Shown here in pieces: positions 1-8,476 of a stretch of DNA of 64,000 nt (position 1 is the first letter of the stretch; each line of letters starts with the position of its first letter). Source of the stretch: an uncultured Porphyromonadaceae bacterium (GTDB lineage: Bacteria > Bacteroidota > Bacteroidia > Bacteroidales > Muribaculaceae); the NCBI GenBank assembly GCA_937901905.1, contig CALDIF010000084.1, positions 8,290-72,289 on the forward strand, in the 5' to 3' direction. Both the position numbers and the translations under genes were made by a program. The notes below the pieces were generated by a model. It saw only the letters and a program-made list of their open reading frames with translations. It searched no databases and was not told where the DNA came from.

Positions 1-274
1 GATTGTACACCCACAGTCCTATGGGGAATGGGGTGCGATAATAGGGCGAATAGAGTGGGTTATTGGGTTTGACATTGATGACATCAAAGATTTTGGACTC
101 CACCTCTGCCTCAAGCTTGACACTGTCGGGCGCGTGATATTTGAGTGATTTCACTCCGGTATATAACACATCGTTTTCGCCCAATCGGCACGTTGTGGAG
201 CACGAGCCGAGCATCATGACGACAAGCATCACTACAGTGACTGACAATAGATGATATAAGCGAAACGTTTTCAT
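1..274 (-). CDS. TamL/TamA-like outer-membrane assembly lipoprotein, N-terminal part (gene continues off the left edge)
   Basis: Not in the ORF track because it is open at the window edge. The reverse-strand ATG at 274..272 overlaps the tamB stop (ATGA). My translation is MKTFRLYHLLSVTVVMLVVMMLGSCSTTCRLGENDVLYTGVKSLKY..., a signal peptide plus lipobox Cys. It sits directly downstream of TamB, as in Bacteroidetes TamB-TamL pairs. The family call rests mainly on context. Confidence 0.5.
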   Translation of the reverse strand, partial: MKTFRLYHLLSVTVVMLVVMMLGSCSTTCRLGENDVLYTGVKSLKYHAPDSVKLEAEVESKIFDVINVKPNNPLYSPYYRTPFPIGLWVYN

Positions 275-3200
275 CTGTCGAGAGGTTCTGCATTAACACC
301 GATGCTGTCGACAGGCAATGTGTCGAGCGGCACGGTGAAGTATTGTGGTTGAACGGTGTCGACGGGCTGTGTCTTGACCGACTTGCGACGACGGAACAAA
401 TCATCAATGCGTGCCAACTTGTGCTTGAGTACAAAGCCGACACCCATTCGCGACACTTGCCCCTCGAGCACGCTCTCAAAATCGGTATGACGGAACAATC
501 TCACCAACATGTTACCGCTGTCGGTGAGCAGATACTCAAGCGAGACCTCGCTCAGCAAGTTGTTGGCAATGCTCTCGCTCGAAGTGGCATCGGTGCTGTA
601 CTCGCCACCGACAATGATTTTGAAACGATCGTTAAACAACGATTTCGACAAGCGATAACTGTAACTGGTCTGCACGCCACTTTTGTTTTGTCCCTCATAC
701 TGGTTGATACCCAACTGCAAGTCCACGCCCTTAACAATCTTGTTCGCCCAGCCGTTGATTTGCGAGTTGACAAAGGAGAAAAGGGCCGAACCGGCGGTGA
801 GATTGTTGATGTTATTAGAGGCATCGTTGCCACTATAGGTGTTGTACAACAACATGTTAATGGCTGTTTGCGAACGCTGCTCGCTGCTCATCGACTGCAA
901 GTCGTTTTGCACGCTCATGTCGTCGGCACTCATGTCAAACGACAGTTTAATGCCATTCAAGTTACCGCCCAACACGGCTGTTACATCAAAATTCACCACG
1001 GTGCTGCCGTTGTCGCCGCTCACGCTGGTTTTGACACGGTCGGTCGCACTCAAGTCGAGCGTGGGATTGAGCAACTCGCCCGTCCACGTGATAGAACTGC
1101 CTTGCGCGATGGTGAAGTTTTTTTGAGAAATCAACGGCGGGGTGTACCGCACCATGCCCGACTCGACCGTATATGTCCCGGTAAAGTCGTTCTTACCGGC
1201 AAAGTCCATACGGTATTTGAACCTGCCGCCACCGGTGACATTGGCATAATCATTGCCATCACTCGAGAGAAATACATTCAACTTGGCACCGTCGCGCACT
1301 TCCATGTTAGCGAGCACCGTATAGGACAGGCTCTCGGCGGCGGTTTTCAACACAGGCGTGAACACGTCGGTCGTATCACTCAGGTTGACAAAGGTCACCA
1401 TATCCTCGTCAAAGTCGGTGTCCGTCGAGTTAACCTCGTCCTGCATAACATAGGTCACATTGGTGGAATGCAACAATGCCAAGTCGGCATTGATGTCCAA
1501 GCGGTGACCCACAGTTCTCACTCGTGCCGTGGCATCGACAAACGCCTTACCGAACAACTCGCTGAAGTCGCGTTGCTCACCGTCGACAACCCGGACATTG
1601 CTGCCCGTCAAGTCGAGCGTCACAACGGGACTTGTCAAGTCACGCAAATTCACCACACCGTTAATGTCCAGCGGTTCATCGTTGGAGCCGTACAACTTGT
1701 AGTGGTCAAATGCTATCACATTATCCTTGATGAACAACTTTTTATCACTCAAGCGCAACTCGACACTATACAACGGAGCACGCACGCACGCCGAGTCGGC
1801 GGCAAGACGTCCGTTAACAAGCGGATTATCGAGCGTTCCGGTCAAGGATAATGTGCCGGTGAGATAACCGCGCATACTCACCATTTTCATCGGTATGAAT
1901 GCCGACGCGCGACGCAAGGGGAACCGGGAGAGTGACAAATTAAGGTTCAACGGCGATGAGACATCTGCATCATTGAGTGCACCCGATAACAGTGCCACGT
2001 GTTCGCCGTCGACCGTCATGTCGGCTTCTATATCGGTTGTAACCGAGTTCGGGTCGATAGTGTAGGTGGTGTTGAGACCGATGTCCCCTACCCGACGATT
2101 ATTGTAAGTGAAGTCCTTGAGTGACATCCGGCCCGTTCCCTCGAGGTTGCTGCCGTCAAACCTCAAGTCGGAGTCAATGTCAAGTCGCCCTGTCATGGGT
2201 GAAAATGACGACAGGAACCGGGTCCACTCGCTCAGTTGCAAGTTCTCGACATCGATGTGTATATCCTCGCTCGTCGCCCCTGGTGCTCGCATCGTCAGCA
2301 ATTTCAGCGCACTCAAGTCGCTTCTCAAGTCAATGTCGGCATCAATCATGCGAGTGTGATAATCGTAGTTGGCATAGTTGTCGTTATTGATTTGCCACTT
2401 GCGATAGCCTATGGTCATCTCCTGTGGGAACAAGCGGGCGACTACCGCACTATCGGTGAGCGTAGCGTGACACCCCAAGCGATAACCCACCTGGCGGTCG
2501 ATGTTTTGCTGCGTCACGAGGAAGTCTATTGTGGAGCCGAGAATGCCGCCTTCGAGGTCAACACGCGCAAACTCGTCCATCGTTCCGCGACGATTACCCA
2601 TGTGAGCCTTAAAAGCAAGATATTTGTTTTCCCATTGTCCGGCGCGCAGTGTCAGGGTGTCAATAGCCGTGGCACCGATACTCACCGAATTAACCCTACC
2701 CTCCAGGCGGAACAGGGTGTCGTTGCTCGCTTCAAGTGACGCGTTGCGGAAGTCAATATCGTAGCCCGCAACATAGCGTTGCAGCAGTCCGTCGCGTCCC
2801 ATCGTGGCCGACAGGGTGAACGGCGGCAGTGCGGCTTGTAGGGTATCAATATTCAGGGCTCGACGTTCAAGTTGGGACATGGCAACGTTGCCGGTCGCCT
2901 GCAAGCGCGCCAATAGCGTGTCGACACCGCATGCAGCGGTTAACGTGACGTGGTTATCCTCGTTGTCAAACCTCGCCGTCACAGCGCTGTCGGTAGCGTC
3001 GAACGAGAAGGACGCGCTATCGGCAACGAAAGTGTCATCGGCGACACGACAACGCATACCGGTCAACGCGATGTCTGCCGTACCGGTCTTGGCAGCGGCA
3101 TCTATATTACAATGCAGGTCTATCAAGCCACTGCCGTTGCACGCGAAGTCGGCAAACCCCATTTGCTTCAAGTCCACGTTGGTCACCCTGCCGGTCGCGT

Positions 3201-5160
3201 CCATCTTACACCGCGTGCCGTCCAACACACCGTCGACATTGAGATCCACGGCACAATAATCGTTGACCGTAACGAGGTTACCCTTAAAGGCACCGGCTCC
3301 CAAACTGCCGTCGAATGTCAAATTTTCATACTCAACACCATTGTACTGAGCCTTGACGAGATCAATGCGAGCCACAGCGTCGGTGGCGGGATTGGCGAAG
3401 TCAAATCCGCGACCGTGAGCCCTCACGCGAGCCGTCACGTCGCCGATACCGTAGAGTGGCAACACGGCCTTGACGGGAAAGTTCTTCAGCGTCATGTCGA
3501 TGTCGTAACTCTCGCGCGACGTGTCGAACGACGCGCGCCCCACTGCCTCTCCGGTTCGCAAGGTCATCGCAGCGTCAGCACTGACATCGGTGCCGTGCAG
3601 CGATGCCTTACCCTTCACTCTCATCGGTGGCAAGTTCACTTCGCTCGCCATGTTTTTGTCGAGCACAAGAGGTTTGACAAAGTCGATATTGGCAAGGGTG
3701 GCATCAAAGTCGATATCGCCCGCCATGCGTGAGGGGTCGGTGGGATTGAGTATAGTACCGCCTACAGTGGCGGTGATATAGCGTGGCATGTCGGCACGCA
3801 CACCTTCAAGATGCAACTTGTCCATGTTGCCTGTTACCGTGCCACTGACCGCGAGCGGACGATATTGGGGCACGCCGTCAAGCATCGGTTTCAGCCCGGG
3901 TAAAGCACGCGCAACCTCTTGCAATGCAATTTGTGACGAGGTCGTGAGGGACATCTGACCGCCGGGGGCGCCCTCGAGCATAGCCATGTCGACATGACCG
4001 TCCAGATTAATCTCGCTGAGCAACGTGGCGAGATGCACTCCACCAAGCGTAACACCGGTGGTATCGACCGCAATATCACCGGTCGCGCCTTTCACGCTCA
4101 ATCCGCTACGCTCGTTCGCGGTAATCTCACTCACATGTAATCGAGTGGTCAAGCCCTCGTTGTACAGACTGTCAACTGCTATGTTAACATCGGTGAGAAC
4201 GATATGATCGGTATCTAACCCCGTCGCCGGTACCGAGCCGTTCACGGCGTAGGTGGCGGCACTACGTGTGACACGCACACTCCCGACCTCAACACGCCAC
4301 GCGCTTTCATCATCGGTTGACGTTGTCTCGGTCGACGACACCTGATGCAAAGCGGCGTAACGCTCCGCCTCCCACAACGTCGGATAAATATAATTGACCG
4401 CAACACTATCGCCCGACGCCGCGGCGACCGACACGCGTCGTTCGCCGGTATCTACCACACCATCACTAACGCTCAAGTTGGACACGTGAGCCGTGAGGTT
4501 ATCAATAGTAGGCATCATGGTCATCGTGTAATCCACGTCGTTCAAACTCAAGTGACGCGCGGTGATGTGCCACGGTTCTGAAGGCTCGTCAATGCTGTCG
4601 GGCTCCACACGGTCACTATAATAAGCCAATGTGACACGACCTCCGTTCAGAGTGGCATCATCAATATCTATGCTGTTAGCGCGTAGGTTGACAGCGCCGG
4701 TGTTAAGCCCGACATAATCGACATCGGCACGCACATCGAGCGAGGTGTCCTCGGCGACGAAGTGCACTCGCGCACTCGTCAGCCACACGCTATCGGTCAC
4801 CACGTTGAGATGCAACAACGGTTTGACGGCAAGTCGGGCGGTGAGGTTGTCAGCAACCACAAGCGTGTCCCCGTCGTGCTTCACCACACTCAATCCGTCA
4901 ATACTCACGTCAAGAGGCCATTCAATGAGAATGCGACGCAAGGACACGTCCATGCCGAGCGTTTCGCTCGCCTTGGCACATGCCCATCGGGCAACGACAT
5001 TTTGCACTTGGGGAATATATAACACGGCTGGCAATGCGACAATCAAGGCGACAACAACCGCAAGCACCCACACCGCGCGGTGTGAGCGACGCCGCTTCGG
5101 TGTCTCGGGTGTTTGTTCGCCTTGTTGCTCGGCTACAAGTTCCTTATCTTGTTCTGCCAT
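271..5160 (-). CDS. tamB: Translocation and assembly module protein TamB (AsmA-like, very large beta-rich envelope protein)
   Basis: 1637-aa ORF in the track. It has an N-terminal TM anchor (AVWVLAVVVALIVALPAVLY), a long repetitive beta-rich body and a conserved C-terminal TamB/DUF490-like tail (QLGINQYEG...SYSYRLS...FKIIVGGEYS). The likely start is MAEQDKE at 5160, 29 nt downstream of a -7 box, rather than the ORF-track start at 5184. Confidence 0.8.
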   Translation of the reverse strand: MAEQDKELVAEQQGEQTPETPKRRRSHRAVWVLAVVVALIVALPAVLYIPQVQNVVARWACAKASETLGMDVSLRRILIEWPLDVSIDGLSVVKHDGDTLVVADNLTARLAVKPLLHLNVVTDSVWLTSARVHFVAEDTSLDVRADVDYVGLNTGAVNLRANSIDIDDATLNGGRVTLAYYSDRVEPDSIDEPSEPWHITARHLSLNDVDYTMTMMPTIDNLTAHVSNLSVSDGVVDTGERRVSVAAASGDSVAVNYIYPTLWEAERYAALHQVSSTETTSTDDESAWRVEVGSVRVTRSAATYAVNGSVPATGLDTDHIVLTDVNIAVDSLYNEGLTTRLHVSEITANERSGLSVKGATGDIAVDTTGVTLGGVHLATLLSEINLDGHVDMAMLEGAPGGQMSLTTSSQIALQEVARALPGLKPMLDGVPQYRPLAVSGTVTGNMDKLHLEGVRADMPRYITATVGGTILNPTDPSRMAGDIDFDATLANIDFVKPLVLDKNMASEVNLPPMRVKGKASLHGTDVSADAAMTLRTGEAVGRASFDTSRESYDIDMTLKNFPVKAVLPLYGIGDVTARVRAHGRGFDFANPATDAVARIDLVKAQYNGVEYENLTFDGSLGAGAFKGNLVTVNDYCAVDLNVDGVLDGTRCKMDATGRVTNVDLKQMGFADFACNGSGLIDLHCNIDAAAKTGTADIALTGMRCRVADDTFVADSASFSFDATDSAVTARFDNEDNHVTLTAACGVDTLLARLQATGNVAMSQLERRALNIDTLQAALPPFTLSATMGRDGLLQRYVAGYDIDFRNASLEASNDTLFRLEGRVNSVSIGATAIDTLTLRAGQWENKYLAFKAHMGNRRGTMDEFARVDLEGGILGSTIDFLVTQQNIDRQVGYRLGCHATLTDSAVVARLFPQEMTIGYRKWQINNDNYANYDYHTRMIDADIDLRSDLSALKLLTMRAPGATSEDIHIDVENLQLSEWTRFLSSFSPMTGRLDIDSDLRFDGSNLEGTGRMSLKDFTYNNRRVGDIGLNTTYTIDPNSVTTDIEADMTVDGEHVALLSGALNDADVSSPLNLNLSLSRFPLRRASAFIPMKMVSMRGYLTGTLSLTGTLDNPLVNGRLAADSACVRAPLYSVELRLSDKKLFIKDNVIAFDHYKLYGSNDEPLDINGVVNLRDLTSPVVTLDLTGSNVRVVDGEQRDFSELFGKAFVDATARVRTVGHRLDINADLALLHSTNVTYVMQDEVNSTDTDFDEDMVTFVNLSDTTDVFTPVLKTAAESLSYTVLANMEVRDGAKLNVFLSSDGNDYANVTGGGRFKYRMDFAGKNDFTGTYTVESGMVRYTPPLISQKNFTIAQGSSITWTGELLNPTLDLSATDRVKTSVSGDNGSTVVNFDVTAVLGGNLNGIKLSFDMSADDMSVQNDLQSMSSEQRSQTAINMLLYNTYSGNDASNNINNLTAGSALFSFVNSQINGWANKIVKGVDLQLGINQYEGQNKSGVQTSYSYRLSKSLFNDRFKIIVGGEYSTDATSSESIANNLLSEVSLEYLLTDSGNMLVRLFRHTDFESVLEGQVSRMGVGFVLKHKLARIDDLFRRRKSVKTQPVDTVQPQYFTVPLDTLPVDSIGVNAEPLDR

Positions 5161-5188
5161 GGTTTGCTCGAGTAATAATACCAAGCAG

Positions 5189-5196
5189 CAAAGTTA
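5189..5196 (-). promoter_or_regulatory. Bacteroidetes -7 promoter box (TAACTTTG on the minus strand) for tamB
   Basis: The plus strand reads CAAAGTTA, which matches TAnnTTTG on the minus strand. It lies 29 nt upstream of the ATG at 5160. Confidence 0.45.
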
Positions 5197-5261
5197 CAAA
5201 AAAAGGGTGCACCGACAAAACTACTCACGCCTATTTTCGTCCATCTCACGCAAACGATGGC

Positions 5262-5456
5262 TTATTTGCTATGGGGAAGTCTCTCTTCAAGAGAGATGGG
5301 TGTTTGGGACACAATGATTGACATCATCTCGGTGGGAGTGACCACGATGGGTGTGCGAGGGAAATGCTTGATGTTGCCGATCACCGAATACGCATCGTCT
5401 TTCGACAGCGCAACCTCATAGAACACCACATCTTTCGGGTCGCTATAGCACTTAGG
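5262..5456 (-). pseudogene. C-terminal remnant of a PIN-family toxin (TA-system toxin); N-terminal half missing
   Basis: My translation of the reverse strand is PKCYSDPKDVVFYEVALSKDDAYSVIGNIKHFPRTPIVVTPTEMMSIIVSQTPISLEERLPHSK*. It resembles the conserved C-terminus of PIN nucleases (D-x-x-D..FxEvAl...yLVTGNxKHFP....vvTP.Eml). There is no start codon, and the frame opens right at the stop of the upstream gene. Confidence 0.5.
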
Positions 5457-6210
5457 TATTTATTGTAATATGGAGCGTTCCTTGACACTCGGGATAGCCT
5501 GAGCAGCCCCAGAATTGCCGACCGGCATTGGTGCCGCGTTTTATGGTGCGTTTTATCATCGTTTTGCCGCAAACGGGACACCGCGGAGCACCTTGCTCAA
5601 TAGCCTTGGTTGATTGCGTCACTAATCGCTCCTTAGTGAGATTCTCGGTGAAGCCACCCGACTGTTTGAATTCATCAAGTTGTTTCGAAATCATTTTCTG
5701 CAACATATTGATATTGCGGTTAATGAGTTGCTTAAGCGCATTGACTCTCACGGCGAGATCGTCACTCTCGATCCATGGCGCGAAGCGCCGCCGTTGCGCC
5801 TGAATGTGAAGCCATGCCTCTCGCTCAATGTCAATGCCGTATTTGGGACTCTCTAACTGCAGGTTCATGAAATTGCGGTAATTCTCGCTTTCTTTCGCCC
5901 ATGGTTCAATGTTGTAGGTAAGCGAGAATGCCATGAAGTCACTAAGAAGTTCGCTCAACGTCGCGCGAGCTACATCGGTGAGACGCATCTCCGTCTCGCG
6001 GCTCGTCTGGCGCCGCGAACTGCCCTCAGCAATATTGGCGGGCGCACTGCGCGCAGCCATCACCATTTGGTAGTAAAGGCGTCCGCCGGGGTCGTTGTCC
6101 TTGTTCAAGTATCTCCGGCAGAAACCGATTGTCGCCTGATGAATGATGTGCGACATGACCCATGCGTCAAGAAAGTAGTAGCCTTTGACCGACTTGATTT
6201 CGATTGGCAT
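5452..6210 (-). CDS. Four-helix-bundle protein (23S rRNA IVS-protein family with suffix domain) fused to a C-terminal topoisomerase-type C4 zinc ribbon
   Basis: 252-aa ORF. The N-terminus (FLDAWVMSHIIHQATIGF...ARSAPANIAEGSSR) matches the motif of four-helix-bundle/IVS proteins. The C-terminus reads CPVCGKTMIKRTIKRGTNAGRQFWGCSGYPEC, which is a zf-C4_Topoisom-like motif. Confidence 0.7.
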   Translation of the reverse strand: MPIEIKSVKGYYFLDAWVMSHIIHQATIGFCRRYLNKDNDPGGRLYYQMVMAARSAPANIAEGSSRRQTSRETEMRLTDVARATLSELLSDFMAFSLTYNIEPWAKESENYRNFMNLQLESPKYGIDIEREAWLHIQAQRRRFAPWIESDDLAVRVNALKQLINRNINMLQKMISKQLDEFKQSGGFTENLTKERLVTQSTKAIEQGAPRCPVCGKTMIKRTIKRGTNAGRQFWGCSGYPECQGTLHITINT

Positions 6211-6252
6211 AGTTATTGAGATTTTTGTATTTCAATTATTCAAATTTTTAAA

Positions 6253-6298
6253 CACTCGATTGCTCGATCACTCGATTGCTCGATCACTCGATCACTCG
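6253..6298. repeat. Tandem 8-bp repeat YRCTCGAT, about 5.75 copies (a 16-mer CACTCGATTGCTCGAT twice, then CACTCGATCACTCG)
   Basis: Read directly from the sequence. It lies 43-88 nt upstream of the four-helix-bundle gene start. Confidence 0.9.
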
Positions 6299-6363
6299 TT
6301 ATTCAACTCGTCACCCATGCGATACTTGATGTCGTAGTTGATGAACTTCTATTCTTTTTGCCT

Positions 6364-6513
6364 CTTCCGAAATTTGGAGTGATGGCTGTGATATACGGCG
6401 TGGCTGCTGCTCATGCGCCAGCTACTAAACACCTAAAAATCATCTCGCAAGATTTATCGGCGAGATAACGTTTTGCCGAAAGCTCCATATCTATCACTCC
6501 AAATTTCGGAAGA
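6364..6513. repeat. 150-bp element bounded by a perfect 20-bp inverted repeat (CTTCCGAAATTTGGAGTGAT ... ATCACTCCAAATTTCGGAAG)
   Basis: The arms are at 6364-6383 and 6494-6513. The interior holds a second hairpin, ATCTCGC-N9-GCGAGAT. No ORF of meaningful size is present. Confidence 0.85.
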
Positions 6514-6825
6514 CCCATATAAATGGGTGCAGACCAACCGCGATGTATCGTTAAGACTCAACACGTTCACCCAAATCGACCTCAAGACTTAGCTTTATGA
6601 GCAGTATACATTACCGCCAGAACAAGAAAACGTGGAGGAAGGGTTATGAACGTTTATTATCGTAAAAATTGATGAACGATTATTTAAGTGCGTGTTACAA
6701 CTATCGTTTTTCAAACAAAAATATTTAGCACAATATCGGATCAGATTCGAGAAATTGGTGCAATTCGTAGTCGTTTATCCTCACGTCGACTTGAGTCTAT
6801 CTGCGTCTATTACCGAAGAATTTCC

Positions 6826-6833
6826 TAATTTTG
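6826..6833 (+). promoter_or_regulatory. -7 box TAATTTTG, about 155 nt upstream of the 6987 gene
   Basis: Exact TAnnTTTG match in an intergenic region. Confidence 0.35.
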
Positions 6834-6986
6834 CACTTGCCAGTTGACTCTACAAACAGTGTAACAGAACAGTGTAAAAATGGGGGAGAATTTGTTTTTT
6901 AGACATTATTTTGCGAAATTTGCATTTCAGACCGATTTGATAGGTCTTGATAACAGATGGTCGTTTAACATTCTAAAATTGTCATC

Positions 6987-7403
6987 ATGGCTTATAATCC
7001 ATATTACAATTCCATGAACGGGTATCCCAACGGGCAACAACCGCCCGAACCTCGCGTCAACAAAATAGCAATTATCGGATTCTTGTTAACGGTCGTGGGG
7101 TTTGCCATGATTGTCAACCCTTTTGGTCTGTCTATATTGCCACACATCGCCATGCTGATGATATTGGCGGGTATCGTGGCGTCCGTTGCGGCATGGGCAT
7201 TCAAGCCATGGTGGATGGCCGCCTTGGGCTGTGCTCCGGGCATGATTATCATAGCCATTTTTATCATTATGTGCGTGGCTGTCGGTCAATATCGCCCTCC
7301 CAAAGAAGCGATTGAGTATATCGACTCGCTCTTGGTGATTGATGAAGCCGACACACTCGACACAGATGACATTATCACTAACATTCCCGATACCATACCA
7401 TGA
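6987..7403 (+). CDS. Hypothetical small membrane protein (Pro/Gln-rich N-terminus, 3 predicted TM helices)
   Basis: 138-aa ORF with hydrophobic segments IAIIGFLLTVVGFAMIV, IAMLMILAGIVASVAAWAF and GMIIIAIFIIMCVAV. I do not recognise a family. Confidence 0.6.
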   Translation: MAYNPYYNSMNGYPNGQQPPEPRVNKIAIIGFLLTVVGFAMIVNPFGLSILPHIAMLMILAGIVASVAAWAFKPWWMAALGCAPGMIIIAIFIIMCVAVGQYRPPKEAIEYIDSLLVIDEADTLDTDDIITNIPDTIP

Positions 7404-7546
7404 TACTGATAGACACAATCGACACGGTGGTCAATGTCTTGATCATCGTTGCAATGCTATTGATAGCCGGTGCCGGCGTGATGGTACTTATAGGCATCGT
7501 GGGGTTGATTAGACATTTATTACGCAAGAAAAACAACAATGATTAG
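7400..7546 (+). CDS. Hypothetical 48-aa single-TM peptide, overlapping both neighbouring genes
   Basis: Below the ORF-track size cut-off. My translation is MILIDTIDTVVNVLIIVAMLLIAGAGVMVLIGIVGLIRHLLRKKNNND*. Its ATG overlaps the upstream stop (ATGA at 7400-7403), and its TAG at 7544-7546 lies 8 nt inside corA. Confidence 0.4.
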   Translation: MILIDTIDTVVNVLIIVAMLLIAGAGVMVLIGIVGLIRHLLRKKNNND

Positions 7547-8471
7547 TTACTGGAAATGTCGGGAGGGTTTCACCGAGATCAATCAGTGGAAGTCGGGGTG
7601 TTGGGTTAAAGTGACAAGTCCCACACCGGGCGACATCGCGTTGCTCGCCGAACGCTTTGCCGTGCCGCGCGACTTTGTACACGATGCCGAGGACGTTGAG
7701 GAACGGCCGCGCGTAGACCACGAGGACAACTGGTTGCTCGTGTTCGTGCGCGTGCCGTGCAAGCAGACTGACGATGACGGGGACACCGTGTTCACCACTG
7801 CCCCACTCGCCATCTTAATTCGCGACGACGTATTCATCACGGTGAATCACTACGATTGTGAAGTGCTTGATGACTTCATTAGGTGGAGCAATCGTCGCCG
7901 TATGCGTGCATGCAAAGGGTTCGACTTGTTGCTGTCGCTGATGCTGTCAACCTCGGTGTGGTACCTCAAGTATCTCAAGCAAATGAACGTGATGATGAAT
8001 GTTGCCGAACAACGCTTGGAAGAGAAGATGGATAACGATGAATTGATGCGCATGATGGGCATAGGCAAGTTCCTAATCTATTTTATCACGTCCCTTAAAG
8101 GGAACTCGATGGTGCTCGCTCGCATCAAGATGAGACTGCGCACATTACCTCACGACGAGGATTTGCTTGAAGATGTCGAAATCGAGACTCAACAGGCACT
8201 GGATACAGCCGGCATATACAGCAACATTCTTGATCGCCAGCAAGAGGCTTACTCGTCGGTAATCGGCAACAATCTCAACCGCATCATGAAAACGCTTACC
8301 GTAGTAACGATCCTGCTGATGATACCCACTGTCGTGGCGGGTTACTACGGCATGAACGTGCCCAATGGCATGGAGGAGTGGTGGCTCGGTTTTCCGGTTG
8401 CCCTTGTCATATCTGCCGTACTGATTGCAGTGGGTTATCTCATGATGAGTCACAGTAAGTTTTTCAAATAA
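7539..8471 (+). CDS. corA: CorA-family magnesium/cobalt transporter
   Basis: 310 aa, with the signature GYYGMN (GMN motif) before the last TM helix and two C-terminal TM helices. Confidence 0.9.
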   Translation: MISYWKCREGFTEINQWKSGCWVKVTSPTPGDIALLAERFAVPRDFVHDAEDVEERPRVDHEDNWLLVFVRVPCKQTDDDGDTVFTTAPLAILIRDDVFITVNHYDCEVLDDFIRWSNRRRMRACKGFDLLLSLMLSTSVWYLKYLKQMNVMMNVAEQRLEEKMDNDELMRMMGIGKFLIYFITSLKGNSMVLARIKMRLRTLPHDEDLLEDVEIETQQALDTAGIYSNILDRQQEAYSSVIGNNLNRIMKTLTVVTILLMIPTVVAGYYGMNVPNGMEEWWLGFPVALVISAVLIAVGYLMMSHSKFFK

Positions 8472-8476
8472 GTGAG

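Noticed and set aside
343-1851. A 502-aa plus-strand ORF and several other plus-strand ORFs (for example 2950..3732 and 4745..5317) inside the tamB region.
   Set aside because: These are antisense shadow ORFs of a long, well-supported minus-strand gene. Their composition is odd (rich in V, H, R and Q) with no recognisable motifs. Two long genes cannot plausibly occupy the same DNA.
6300-6360. A possible gene fragment on the minus strand ending ...KFINYDIKYRMGDELNNE*.
   Set aside because: Only 18 codons are open before an upstream in-frame stop. That is too short to assign or to distinguish from chance.
6751-6790. A shared motif (CAGATT...GGTGCAATTCGT...TAGTC) between the 6.75-kb gap and 55771-55815, considered as possible att or island-boundary repeats.
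   Set aside because: The exact match is only about 12 nt, with gaps on both sides. In a 64-kb window, on the order of a hundred 12-mer matches are expected by chance, so it is not significant on its own.
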